From Bacteroidales bacterium UBA4788 (lineage in GTDB: Bacteria; Bacteroidota; Bacteroidia; Bacteroidales; VadinHA17), in NCBI GenBank assembly GCA_002402965.1, contig DHGW01000070.1, forward strand, positions 19,380 to 83,379: a stretch of DNA of 64,000 nucleotides, read 5' to 3'. The stretch's first letter is position 1. Every line of letters starts with the position of its first letter. Below are positions 17,197 to 28,200 of this stretch, piece after piece. Made by a program: the position numbers and the translations under genes. The notes under the pieces are model-generated. The model was not told the DNA's origin, searched no databases, and was given only the letters and a program-made list of their open reading frames with translations.

Positions 17197-19697
17197 TCAT
17201 GAGATTGAGCAGATTTTTGATAATGTTTGTACTGACGGGAATTCTTTCGGCATTTGCGTCAGGAAATCCCGCGGAACACAGCAACGCGAGCGGGAGAAAT
17301 AAGATAACCAGGGTATGGCTCATAGGCGACTCAACCGTAGCCGACTACTCCCTGGAGAAGGATTACCCTTCAAAACGGTATCCCATAATGGGCTGGGGCC
17401 AGGTATTCCAGTCGTTCATGTCATCTGACTCCCTCAAGATGATAAGGCACCTTGTCAGGAGTGACAGCGTGATCGTCGAGGACAAGGCTCGCGGAGGACG
17501 CAGCACCCGCTCTTTCTTCGAGGAGGGAAGATGGTCGGAGATATACCGGCAGCTCAGTCCCGGTGACCTGGTACTCATGCAGTTCGGCCATAATGATGCT
17601 TCGGGTAACAAGGGCGAGCGTTACACCTCACTGCCCGGATACAGGGAATTCCTGAGACTCTATGTGGGCCAGTCACAGGAGAAGGGTGCAATACCCATTC
17701 TGGTGACCCCGGTCGCAAGAAACTATCCCTGGAAGGATGGCAGGCTTGGTAACACGCACGGCGATTACCCCGCTGCAATGCGCGAGGTTGCCGCTGAGAC
17801 CGGTGCGTTTCTCATTGATCTTACGACTTTAAGCATGGACTTTTTCACCCGGAGGGGTCGCGATTATGTCACCCTGACCTATTTCATGAACTTCCCTCCT
17901 GGGGTTTATGCGGGATACCCCGAAGGAAGCAGTGACAATACTCACTTCCAGCCTGCCGGCGCCACGGCAGTGGCACAACTCGTTTTCGGCGCCATGAAGG
18001 AGCTCAGACGCGGAAGCGTCAAGCCCCCCGCCGCTCCTGCCTCACCATCCGCCCCGGTCGCTCCTGTTGCACCTGCCGCACAATCAGCCGCAGGCACTCC
18101 CGCGTCACCTGTTGCTCCCGCGGGGGAGATCTACAGGGATGTTGAATTCGGCATGCCCCAGGTGATTGAACCACAGATCCCGAACAACAGTGCTTCCATT
18201 ACAGAGTTCGGGGCTGTAGGTGACGGTATCACCCTTAATTCCGATGCCTTCCGCAAAGCGATAGAGGCAGTCTCGGCCAGGGGAGGAGGAACGGTCGTCA
18301 TCCCCCGGGGGATATGGCTGACCGGGCCGGTCATACTTAAAAGCAATATCAGGATGCATGCCGACGAAGGAGCGCTGATACTCTTCAGCCCCGACAAGAG
18401 TCTCTACCCGCTTATCGAGACAAGCTTCGAGGGATACAACACCGTCAGATGCATCTCACCCATCTACGGCAAGGAGCTTGAGAACGTCGCATTTACCGGA
18501 AAGGGAGTATGGGACGGCAGTGGCCACGCCTGGAGACATGTAAGGAGGGAGAAGGTCCCGCCCCCGATGTGGAAGGATCTGGTAAATTCCGGCGGTGTTG
18601 TCAGTGAGGACCAAAAGACATGGTACCCATCCGAATCCTACATGAAAGCAATGGAACAGAGTGAGATGAACGTACCAATGCCACAGGAGGGAGGAATTAA
18701 AGAATATGAGGGAATGAGAGACTTTCTTCGTCCTGTGATGGTGAGCCTTGTGAACTGTAAAAAGATAATGTTTGACGGACCCGTGTTCCAGAATTCACCG
18801 GCATGGTGTCTCCATCCGCTTATGTGCGAAGACCTCACCATCAGGAACATCACCGTAAGGAATCCCTGGTACTCGCAGAACGGCGACGGGATTGACATTG
18901 AATCATGCCGCAATACGCTTCTCTATAACAGTAACTTCGATGTGGGGGACGATGCAATCTGCATCAAGTCGGGCAAGAATGAGGACGGCAGGAAGAGGGG
19001 AATACCCACTGAGAACCTCGTTATCAGGAACTGTATCGTATACCACGGCCATGGCGGTGTAACAATAGGCAGCGAGATGTCGGGCGGAGTCAGGAATGTC
19101 TCCGTGGCCGGCTGCACCTTCATGGGCACCGATGTGGGGATACGCTTCAAGAGCAACCGCGGCAGGGGCGGAGTGGTTGAGAACATATGGTTCAATGACA
19201 TCCTGATGACTGATATTCCCACCCAGGCCATCTCATTTAACCTCTATTACGGTGGTCTTTCGGTCTCGGAGATGCTGGCAGAGGGCAAGAATGTTGAAAC
19301 AACCGTTGGCGAGATACCCCCTGTCACAGAGGAGACCCCCCAGTTTAAAAACATATCAATGAAAAACATAACTTGCAGGGGAGCGCAACAGGCTATCTAC
19401 CTCCAGGGTCTGCCGGAACTCAACCTTGAGAATATAAGCATGGAGAATATTGATATGACTGCCGAAAACGGAATAGCATGCATTGACGCCAAAGGCATAA
19501 GAATCAAGAATATGCGGCTGGTTGCTGAAAATAAACCGCTGCTCTTTTTCCTGAACAGTTCGGATGTGTTTATCAGCGGTCTACAGGTCCCGGAAGAGAC
19601 CCCGGGCCTTGTTGAGGTGCGTGGCGACAGTAACGCTGAAATTACAGTGGAGACAGTAACTCCTGACGGAAAGGTCAGTGTAAACAAAGTAAGATGA
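17193..19697 (+). CDS. Fusion protein: SGNH/CE12 rhamnogalacturonan acetylesterase-like N-domain + GH28 polygalacturonase-like C-domain
   Basis: N-domain: WLIGDSTVADY (GDS block), ARGGRS, QFGHNDAS. Pro/Ala linker at 18024..18122. C-domain: NGDGIDIESC, GDDAICIKSG, GHGGVTIGSE, IRFKSNRGRGG (GH28 signature blocks). Confidence 0.9.
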   Translation: MIMRLSRFLIMFVLTGILSAFASGNPAEHSNASGRNKITRVWLIGDSTVADYSLEKDYPSKRYPIMGWGQVFQSFMSSDSLKMIRHLVRSDSVIVEDKARGGRSTRSFFEEGRWSEIYRQLSPGDLVLMQFGHNDASGNKGERYTSLPGYREFLRLYVGQSQEKGAIPILVTPVARNYPWKDGRLGNTHGDYPAAMREVAAETGAFLIDLTTLSMDFFTRRGRDYVTLTYFMNFPPGVYAGYPEGSSDNTHFQPAGATAVAQLVFGAMKELRRGSVKPPAAPASPSAPVAPVAPAAQSAAGTPASPVAPAGEIYRDVEFGMPQVIEPQIPNNSASITEFGAVGDGITLNSDAFRKAIEAVSARGGGTVVIPRGIWLTGPVILKSNIRMHADEGALILFSPDKSLYPLIETSFEGYNTVRCISPIYGKELENVAFTGKGVWDGSGHAWRHVRREKVPPPMWKDLVNSGGVVSEDQKTWYPSESYMKAMEQSEMNVPMPQEGGIKEYEGMRDFLRPVMVSLVNCKKIMFDGPVFQNSPAWCLHPLMCEDLTIRNITVRNPWYSQNGDGIDIESCRNTLLYNSNFDVGDDAICIKSGKNEDGRKRGIPTENLVIRNCIVYHGHGGVTIGSEMSGGVRNVSVAGCTFMGTDVGIRFKSNRGRGGVVENIWFNDILMTDIPTQAISFNLYYGGLSVSEMLAEGKNVETTVGEIPPVTEETPQFKNISMKNITCRGAQQAIYLQGLPELNLENISMENIDMTAENGIACIDAKGIRIKNMRLVAENKPLLFFLNSSDVFISGLQVPEETPGLVEVRGDSNAEITVETVTPDGKVSVNKVR

Positions 19698-21043
19698 ACA
19701 GGATTGTAGCTCTGATACTCCTGCTTTCGGCGGCAGCACTTGCCTCAGCACAGCTGCCCGCCTTCCCCGGAGCGGAGGGATTCGGCCGTTTTACCACGGG
19801 AGGCAGGGGAGGAGCAGTCTATACCGTAACCAACCTCACCGACTCCGTGGTCAAGCCTGCAGAAGGTTCTCTCCGCTGGGCGCTGAACAAGCAGGGACCG
19901 AAGACGATAGTGTTCGCCGTCTCGGGAAACATAGAGCTTAAACGCAGGCTGAACATCTCGAAGGGTGATGTAACCATAGCCGGGCAGACAGCACCGGGCG
20001 ACGGTATTTGCATCAGCGGGGAGACGGTCTCAATCGAGTCTGACAACGTGATCATAAGATATGTGAGGTTCAGGTGCGGCAACAAGGTTCCGGGTGAGGA
20101 GCCCAAAGACGCCATCTCATGCGTAAGGCAGAAGAATATAATCGTTGACCACTGTTCGATGAGCTGGTCTGTTGATGAGACAGCTTCGTTCTATGACAAT
20201 GAAAACTTCACGCTTCAGTGGTGCATCATCTCTGAGAGCCTCTATGATGCCGGCCATCCCAAGGGAGAGCACGGCTACGGAGGAATCTGGGGAGGGAAGG
20301 GAGCCTCCTTCCATCATAACCTCCTCGCGAGCCATACCAGCCGGCTGCCTCGTTTCTGCGGGGCAAGGTACCACCCTGACTCACGGGAGACGGAGATAGT
20401 TGATTTCCGGAACAATGTCATCTTCAACTGGGGGTTTAACAGCTCCTACGGAGGAGAGATGGGCCGGCAGAACATGGTAAACAACTTTTACAAACCCGGC
20501 CCTGCAACGAAGAAATCCGTTCTCAGTCGCATCCTGGAACCGTTTGATTCCCTGGGGATGTGGTATATATCCGGCAATTATATGCATGGCAGCCCGGCTG
20601 TCAGCTCAGATAACTGGACAGGGGTAGAGGGCGACTATGCCGGTGTGGCATCGATCCGGGCCACCAGCCCGTTCCCTTCTGCACCGGTGAAGACGGTCAG
20701 CCCGAGGTGTGCATACAAATCTGTCCTGAGGAATGCGGGGGCAACCCTGCCTCGTCGCGACAGTTATGACAGCAGGATCATCAGTGAGACGAAGAGCGGC
20801 CATTGTGCCTACGGCGACTCTTACGGAGCCGGCACAGGCATAATCGACAGCCAGGACAGCGCCGGGGGATGGCCTCTGCTCAGAACATATGACATCGCAG
20901 CTGACACCGACGGTGACGGCATGCCCGACAAATGGGAGACAAAACGGGGACTGAACCCGTCCGATCCCGCTGACAGAAACACTGTTGCCGCCTCAGGCCA
21001 CACGATGCTTGAGGAGTACATCAACGGCATCGGAGGGAGATGA
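19694..21043 (+). CDS. Pectate lyase, PL1-like
   Basis: FPGAEGFGRFTTGGRGGAVYTVTNL N-terminus, WSVDETAS, HHNLLASHTSRLPRF (Arg-Pro catalytic region). C-terminal DTDGDGMPDKWE calcium-binding-like tail. Signal peptide present. Confidence 0.9.
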   Translation: MNRIVALILLLSAAALASAQLPAFPGAEGFGRFTTGGRGGAVYTVTNLTDSVVKPAEGSLRWALNKQGPKTIVFAVSGNIELKRRLNISKGDVTIAGQTAPGDGICISGETVSIESDNVIIRYVRFRCGNKVPGEEPKDAISCVRQKNIIVDHCSMSWSVDETASFYDNENFTLQWCIISESLYDAGHPKGEHGYGGIWGGKGASFHHNLLASHTSRLPRFCGARYHPDSRETEIVDFRNNVIFNWGFNSSYGGEMGRQNMVNNFYKPGPATKKSVLSRILEPFDSLGMWYISGNYMHGSPAVSSDNWTGVEGDYAGVASIRATSPFPSAPVKTVSPRCAYKSVLRNAGATLPRRDSYDSRIISETKSGHCAYGDSYGAGTGIIDSQDSAGGWPLLRTYDIAADTDGDGMPDKWETKRGLNPSDPADRNTVAASGHTMLEEYINGIGGR

Positions 21044-22803
21044 AAAACCTCTTTTTTGCTGCTGTTCTTGCCGCTCTTTCCCTGTCTGTGGCGGCACAGA
21101 ACCTTCCTGGTTTCAGGGCCTCCGGGCTCTTTGACGAGCAGCAGATTGTAATTGAAGATTCACCTCCGGGCACCAGGATACTGATCAATGCGCCTCTGCA
21201 GGGATTCGGGAATGATGACAGGGTACTGCTGGTACTGTATGCCCTCCCGAACGGCAATACAATTGAACAGACATTTGGAAAGCAGCTTAAGGAGGGTGAC
21301 GACTGGCACTTTGACATTCAGCATATTGGAGCTCAGACGCGTTTCCTCAGGAATGTGATTACCGGCAGGACCGTGGTGGTGGCTTATCTTGAGAACGACC
21401 GCAAAAGCTGGCCGGCATGGAGCGCAGCCACAACTGATCACCGGGAGCAGGTCAGGAAGATGGTTGAAGAGATAACAGCTTTGTTTGCCCCGTGGGATCC
21501 TGAGCTGGTCCTCAACGGTCATAGCGGTGGAGGACGGTTCATCTTCAGTTACATCGATGCACATGAGCTGATACCTTCACAGGTGGTGCGGATAGCTTTC
21601 CTCGACAGCAACTACGGCTATGACGAAGCTCTCCACGGGCCAAAGCTGACCAGCTGGCTGAAATCGGGCTCCGGCAGGCATCTGTGCACCCTGGCATACA
21701 ATGACAGCGTGGTGATCTATAACGGCAAACCGCTCGTGTCGCCGACAGGAGGCACGTGGTACCGCAGCCGGATGATGAAAGACCACCTGTCAGGGTCTTT
21801 CCGGCTCAAAAGGATTGAGCGGGATTCATTAATATGGTACAGATCGCGCGACAGGCGGATTGAGTTTATCTTCAAACCCAATCCCGGAGGAAAGATATAC
21901 CACACCCGCCAGGTGGAGTATAACGGGTTCATCCACAGCATGCTGAGCGGAACAAGACATGAGCAGCGCGGCTACCGTTACTTCGGAGAAAGAGCATATT
22001 CAGGCTTGATTTCGGATACAGCTGTCGTCCCCCTCAGGAGACTGAATATCCCGGTTCGTGATTTCTCGGCCGAGACCGGGTCAGCGTTCATGAAGCGTAT
22101 CAGGGAACTGTCGCGGGAGGAGCGGGAAGAAGAAATATACCGGGCTGTGGCCTCAGGAAATATTCCGTCATTCCTCAGGGAGACGGTGACCCTCAGGGGA
22201 CTGTTCAATGATCTTAACGGAACGCCTCATACGCTGGAATATGAAGTGCTGCCTGATTATCTAGCCATCGGGAGTGATGATGATTTCTGCCGCATCCCCA
22301 TGAATCCCCGCACTGCGCAGAGGCTGGCTGACCTGTTTGGGGCTTCCTTGCTGACAGCAAAGCTTAGTGACCATATATGGTCGCAGGCAGAGGTAAAGCT
22401 GGAGCCATTCTTTTACAAGCCGGTTGGCAATGCAAATGAACTGGTGACGAAGTTTGAAGAGCATAATACGCAGATCGAAAGGCAACTTGCGGAAGCTGGC
22501 GGAAGTCACGGTCAGCTTGTGGCGGGTATCAAGAAGGATGTGATCATCTCAGCACGCATTGATGAACGGTCTGACAGGGTGGTGATATACGGCTGGCATA
22601 AAAGAGACGGAAGTCCTATACAGCCCGTTTACAGCGGGCATGTTTACTGGTATGTCGATTACAGTCACGGTATCCGGTTCATGAACAGGCAGGTTCTTTT
22701 TGACGGCCATCTGGCCGATGTGGTTGAATTACTGAATGACCCCGTTCTATTCAGGGTTCTGACAGATGAGGATTCTCCGGTGGAAAGCCCATCTTATCAT
22801 TAG
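21040..22803 (+). CDS. Secreted protein of unknown function with a GHSGGG nucleophile-elbow-like motif (possible esterase) plus an unknown C-terminal domain
   Basis: Signal peptide MKNLFFAAVLAALSLSVAAQ. LVLNGHSGGGRF fits GxSxG. ATGA overlap with the PL1 stop. No family recognised. Confidence 0.8.
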   Translation: MKNLFFAAVLAALSLSVAAQNLPGFRASGLFDEQQIVIEDSPPGTRILINAPLQGFGNDDRVLLVLYALPNGNTIEQTFGKQLKEGDDWHFDIQHIGAQTRFLRNVITGRTVVVAYLENDRKSWPAWSAATTDHREQVRKMVEEITALFAPWDPELVLNGHSGGGRFIFSYIDAHELIPSQVVRIAFLDSNYGYDEALHGPKLTSWLKSGSGRHLCTLAYNDSVVIYNGKPLVSPTGGTWYRSRMMKDHLSGSFRLKRIERDSLIWYRSRDRRIEFIFKPNPGGKIYHTRQVEYNGFIHSMLSGTRHEQRGYRYFGERAYSGLISDTAVVPLRRLNIPVRDFSAETGSAFMKRIRELSREEREEEIYRAVASGNIPSFLRETVTLRGLFNDLNGTPHTLEYEVLPDYLAIGSDDDFCRIPMNPRTAQRLADLFGASLLTAKLSDHIWSQAEVKLEPFFYKPVGNANELVTKFEEHNTQIERQLAEAGGSHGQLVAGIKKDVIISARIDERSDRVVIYGWHKRDGSPIQPVYSGHVYWYVDYSHGIRFMNRQVLFDGHLADVVELLNDPVLFRVLTDEDSPVESPSYH

Positions 22804-22927
22804 AAAGTAACACGGGTCTCAATTATAATTGTTAATTTAGAGGTTCTTTGAGTGTGAACTCAAATTGATTGAACATGATTTGTATTCTATAGGACCCTTA
22901 AGTATTAATCTAACAAAAGACAGGATT

Positions 22928-23176
22928 ATGGAAATTCTCGTGAGTATTCTCATCGGAGCTGCAGCCGGGTGGCTTGGCAGCATGATCTACAGGGGAAGCG
23001 GCCTGGGTCTGCTGGGCAACATTATCGTGGGTATTATTGGTGGCCCTCTGGGTTACTGGATACTTGGCAAGCTTGGTGTAACACTTGGTGGAGGCTGGGT
23101 TGGTGCCATACTGACCGGTGCTATTGGCGCCATAGTCATACTCCTTCTTATCAATTTGATTTTCAAGAAAAAGTAA
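22928..23176 (+). CDS. GlsB/YeaQ/YmgE-family small membrane stress protein
   Basis: MEILVSILIGAAAGWLGSMI...GNIIVGIIGGPLGYWILGKLG is a glycine-zipper 3-TM pattern. The ATG at 22928 lies inside the longer tracked ORF. Confidence 0.85.
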   Translation: MEILVSILIGAAAGWLGSMIYRGSGLGLLGNIIVGIIGGPLGYWILGKLGVTLGGGWVGAILTGAIGAIVILLLINLIFKKK

Positions 23177-23255
23177 AGAGCTTACGTTCCGGCAGGTCAG
23201 GCGGTCATTCCCGGCCGCCATGACTTGTCCGGGATCAACCCGGGGTAAGGCAATA

Positions 23256-24914
23256 CTACTTTCCTGTATATCCCGGTCCGCGGACGACCCTGCCGGGGGT
23301 GGCGCCGGTATGCTCTCCGTAGCGCAGGACCTGTACTCCGTTTACAAAGACATGCGTCATTCCGGTGGATAGCTGATGCGGGTTTTCAAAGGTTGAGTGA
23401 TCCTGTATCTTCGCGGGATCAAATACCACCACGTCGGCATAGAATCCCTCCTTCAGTGCACCACGCCTGTCGATCTTCATATTGGTTGCCGGAAGTGTGG
23501 TAAGTCTTCGTATTGCCTCCTCGAGGGATATTACCTGCTCGTCACGCACATACTTACCAAGGAGACGCGCAAAGTTGCCATATGCACGGGGGTGGGTGGC
23601 TGATTTCAGAAAAACGCCCTCAGGCGCCATCGATTTGCCGTCTGATCCGAACATCATCCATGGCTGTGCTATTTGTTTCCTCAGGTTGTCTTCAGACATG
23701 GAAAAGAACACCGCATCCACATTGCTGTTGTCATCAATGACAAGGTCCATTACGGTCTCTTCAGGTGATTTGCCCCTCATGGCTGCAATCTCCGCAAGAG
23801 TTTTTCCCTGCAGGTATTTCAGTGAATCGGTATTGAAACCTATTAACAGCACCTTTTCGGGCGTACCCTGTTTTCTCATGATTGTCTTAATGATCTCCGG
23901 ACCTACAACCTTCCTGATCGCAGGGTCCTTCAGCCTGGAAACCCATTTTTCGAAACCGCCCTCCTGCACCCATTCCGGCATCAGGATCCCGAGTCCTGTC
24001 GAGCTTGCAGGGTAGTTGTACATATCTGCAGTGATATGCAGCCCCGCTGCACGGGCTGAGTCAATCTTTTCAATCGCCCTGTCAAGTTTGTCCCAGTTGG
24101 TCCGGCCTACCTGCTTGAGGTGGTAGATCTCAGACCTGATACCTGTCTCGTGAGGCACCCTGAGAAAATCGTCAATGGCTTCGAGGAAGGTCTCATCCTC
24201 GTTCCGGATGTGCGATATATACATGCCGTCATACTCTTTTGCCACGCGGCACAGCTCTGCCAGCTCTTCAGTGGATGCAAAGCTGGCAGGAATATATTCA
24301 AGTGCTGAGCTGACACCAACGGCTCCTTCCTCCATTGCCTGCCTGACAAGCATCTTCATCGAGTCCATCTCGGCTGCTGTCGGCGGACGGTCGTCGTACC
24401 CCACCGTATGTATACGCAGTGTTGAGGTGCCAACGAATGATGCTATGTTCGTTGAAACACCCCTCTTCTCCAGATATTCGAGGTACTCACCAAGTGTGGA
24501 CCATTCTATATCATACTTTATATCGCCCTGCGAGGCCTTCATTTCAAGCTTCATGCTTTCGTTCCACGGCCCCCAGGAATCACTCTCGCCGAGCACCTCC
24601 AGTGTCACTCCCTGGCAGATGTCACCAAGAGACCTCCCGTCTTCGATTAGCGACTCCACTGCCCAGCTGAGCATATTGATAAATCCAGGCGCAACCGTCA
24701 GGCCGGTTGCATCAATCTCAGTGACGCCGTTGGCTTTCTTAAGGTCTCCGATGGATGTAATGGTGTCAGACATAATACCAATATCAGCCCTGTAGACGGC
24801 ATTGCCAGAGCCGTCAATGATACTGCCGTTTTTTATAAGAACATCATAAGTGTCAGTTGTTGAGCAACCGAAAAATATTAACAACAGGGGAAAAAGTGCT
24901 TTTAAAAGTCTCAT
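23256..24914 (-). CDS. Lipoprotein amidohydrolase, N-acyl-D-amino-acid deacylase (D-aminoacylase)-like
   Basis: Lipobox LLIFFGCSTTD. YDVLIKNGSIIDGSGN...APGFI N-terminal beta-sandwich entry, ISHIRNE and IYHLKQ His motifs, C-terminal GVxxVFVNG pattern. The canonical HxH after GFI is absent (GFINMLSW). Confidence 0.8.
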   Translation of the reverse strand: MRLLKALFPLLLIFFGCSTTDTYDVLIKNGSIIDGSGNAVYRADIGIMSDTITSIGDLKKANGVTEIDATGLTVAPGFINMLSWAVESLIEDGRSLGDICQGVTLEVLGESDSWGPWNESMKLEMKASQGDIKYDIEWSTLGEYLEYLEKRGVSTNIASFVGTSTLRIHTVGYDDRPPTAAEMDSMKMLVRQAMEEGAVGVSSALEYIPASFASTEELAELCRVAKEYDGMYISHIRNEDETFLEAIDDFLRVPHETGIRSEIYHLKQVGRTNWDKLDRAIEKIDSARAAGLHITADMYNYPASSTGLGILMPEWVQEGGFEKWVSRLKDPAIRKVVGPEIIKTIMRKQGTPEKVLLIGFNTDSLKYLQGKTLAEIAAMRGKSPEETVMDLVIDDNSNVDAVFFSMSEDNLRKQIAQPWMMFGSDGKSMAPEGVFLKSATHPRAYGNFARLLGKYVRDEQVISLEEAIRRLTTLPATNMKIDRRGALKEGFYADVVVFDPAKIQDHSTFENPHQLSTGMTHVFVNGVQVLRYGEHTGATPGRVVRGPGYTGK

Positions 24915-25243
24915 CGCAGGGGAAGATTTATGTGAAATTAACGGTAAAGAGATAGTAAATCTATTCAAAACATTTCATTTTATTCTGCAGGCGGGATAAA
25001 ATTTAGCCTTCCCGGATTATATGTATTACATATTGTTTCATCATTTAACCTGTCGCCTGTTGGGCGGCCGCGATTTTTGACATTTACTCAAGGCTCCATC
25101 TAATGTGCCTCACAGTATATGGCTCCAATGAATTAAGCTGTATGCTTTAAAACAGTATGATGTAATACAAATTTTTTTCAATTATTATTTTTTTCGTTAT
25201 AACTTGTGAGAGCAAACCTATATAAACTAACATTCTATTTTTC

Positions 25244-28200
25244 ATGAAAAAACTGATCTTCATTCTCATGTCGGTATTGTTTGTCAACGCCGGCATGGCA
25301 CAGACACGGGTTACCGGGACGGTAACCGCCTCTGAAGATGGTTCTCCGATCCCGTATGCAGTTGTACTGTTAAAGGGATCGAGAGGAGTAGGAACCAACA
25401 CAGATGCTGAAGGCAGATACAGCCTTGGCAATGTCCCTTCCGACGCTGTACTCGTATTCAGCTATGTCGGTTACAAGACGCAGGAGATCCAGGTAGCCGG
25501 AAGGACCGTGGTCAATGTTGAGATGGTTACAGATGCTCTTGCTCTGGATGAAGTGATTGTTGTTGCTTACGGTACATCCACAAAAGGCACCTACACAGGT
25601 GCGGCAAGCGTAGTAAAAGCTGATGCACTCAAGGATGCCTCTACTGTCTCCTTCGAGAATGTTATGGGAGGCAAGGTCGCAGGCCTGCAGATCACTACCC
25701 TCTCCGGGCAGGCAGGATCTGCATCCTCCATCAGGGTTCGAGGCATAGGCTCAATGAATGCCTCAAATGAGCCGCTCTATGTCATTGATGGTATCCCCGT
25801 TATTTCAGGCAACGTTTCCCAGCTGTCCGGTGAGATTTATACCACAAACAATGTAATGAACACCATTAATCCTAATGACATTGAATCAATTACGGTTTTG
25901 AAGGATGCAGCTGCATCTGCATTATATGGTTCAAGGGCTGCCAATGGTGTTATAGTCATAACTACAAAACAGGGCAAGAAGGGGAAACCAGTGATTAATT
26001 TCAAGGCTTCAGTGGGCCTGACTCCGTCCTATGCTACGGATAACTTTGAAGTGGCGCCCATTGAACAGCAACTTGAACTCTATTATGAAAATTTCTGGAA
26101 CGCCGGAGTTTATTATGAAGGGCTTACACCGGAAGATGCAAGTGCCGATGCCTGTGCCGCCTTTAATAAGAGGTTCAGTAAGCATGGATACATAATGTCG
26201 GCACCTGACAATACGGTCAACTCGCTCACAATTACCGGCGACAGGGCAGGACGATATTATAACTGGGATTCTGTCCTTTTCCGGACTGAGGTCTATCAGA
26301 CCTATGATCTCTCAGTAAGCGGCGCCACCGAAACGTCAAACTATTACACCTCGTTCTCTTATGCAAATGATTTAGGGCGCACCACGATAAATAATTTTGA
26401 CCGGATAACGGGCAGAATTAATTTTTCCCAGGAAGTAGGAAAATTTATTGAGTTTGCATCCAACATAAACATTTCCAGCAGCATGAAGAAGGGATTTAAT
26501 GACACCCGCTCCATGCAGAGTAACTATTTCATGCAGAGCCGTAATGTACTGTGGCCCCTTTACTGGCCGACTGACATTGCCACAGGTGAGCCCTGGACAG
26601 CCAGGTATGGCAGTTATGCGCTGAACCCGGTTTTTCAAAATGAGCAATTTGATAATAACTCAAAAACATTCAGGGTAATGGCTAATGAATCTGTCACTGT
26701 TAAGATTCTGCCGGAGCTGTTCTTAAAATCTATTTTCTCATATGACAACACACAGGTTAATGATCATCTCTATTACAGTCCTCTGCATTATTACGGAGCC
26801 GCTACTACCGGTGAAATAACCGAGACAAGCACAAAAATAACCAAGCTTGTCTCCTCAACTACACTTAATTTTAATAAGAAATTCGCTCAAAGACACAATG
26901 TAGGGGTTCTTCTGGGCTGGGAAGCTGAAAAGAATCAGACCGACTATCAGCGGGCCATAGGCACAAACCTTCCAACGAGTGCCCTCCACACGGTGGCAAC
27001 CGCCGGGAAGTTTGATGCCAGTGCGTACTTTTGGGGCAACACAATGCTTTCAATGCTCTCACGTGCAGAATATAATTTTGATGACAAGTATTATGCTTCA
27101 GCTTCGTTCCGTCGTGACGGTTCATCACGTCTGGGTTCCAACACACGGTGGGGTAATTTCTGGTCAGTCGCCGGATCGTGGAGAATTGACCAGGAACCGT
27201 TCATGGATAACGTTCCCGTTATCTCCAGCCTAAGGCTGAGAGCATCCTACGGTGTTAACGGCACTCTGCCGTCAGCCAACTACGGCTGGCGTTCCCTGAC
27301 AAGCTATACAGACAATTATATGGAACAGCCGGGAAGCAGTCTAAGTTCTATTGCTGATGCGAACCTGTCATGGGAGACAAGCTATACATCCAATTTAGCA
27401 CTGGAATTCGGCCTTTTTGAACAACGTATCTCGGGTTCATTGGAGTTCTTTAACAGAAACTCAAAAGACCTCTTACAGGATGTGCCTATTTCAACGGTGA
27501 CCGGGTTCTCCTCCACACTGAAAAACATAGGGGAGATAAACAACAAAGGACTTGAATTTGAGCTCTATGGAGACATTTTAAGAAAGTCCGGATTCACATG
27601 GAGTGCAGGTCTGACAGCTTCACACGTGAAGTCAACAGTTACAAAGTTATATGGCGATCAGGATATTATCTGGTGGGATCCGACCGGTGGAGACGACAGG
27701 GCACAATTTATTTATACCGAGGGTGAATCAACACTGGCACTATATGGCCTTGAATGGGCCGGCGTGGAGGATGAGACCGGGAAGAATCTCTGGTTCCTTA
27801 ATAATGATGTACCATCGACTCTGATGGTTGACGGCCGCCCTGCCACTTATGAATTCAGGGACGCCTCTGAGGTAATTATCGGCGATGTCCATCCCTTCCT
27901 GTTTGGTGGGATTAATACTAATCTGGGCTGGAAGGGCCTGACGTTGTCTCTTAACTTCTCCTATAAACTCGGAGGACAAACATATGATGCTGTCAGTAGG
28001 GACGTAAATGAAGATGGCTACTACTGGGAAAGGATGATGTCTCAGGATTGTTATGACAACAGATGGACCCCGGAGAACAAGGATGCATTATATCCGATGC
28101 GTATAGCCATAGATCTTGAAGATGCTCTGCAGTATAGCAGCAGACACATGCACCCGGCAGATTATCTCAGGCTTAAGGGTATAACACTTGGTTATGACCT

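Noticed and set aside
24175-24795. 206-aa plus-strand ORF inside the D-aminoacylase gene; similar cases at 52234-52839 (in lpxK), 4485-5024, 37636-38784 and 15979-16461
   Set aside because: All are antisense or out-of-frame shadows of genes with clear family motifs.
25019-25033. AT-rich near-palindrome atatgtattacatat in the aminoacylase/SusC divergent region
   Set aside because: It has short AT-only arms in an AT-rich region and is not distinguishable from chance without comparative data.
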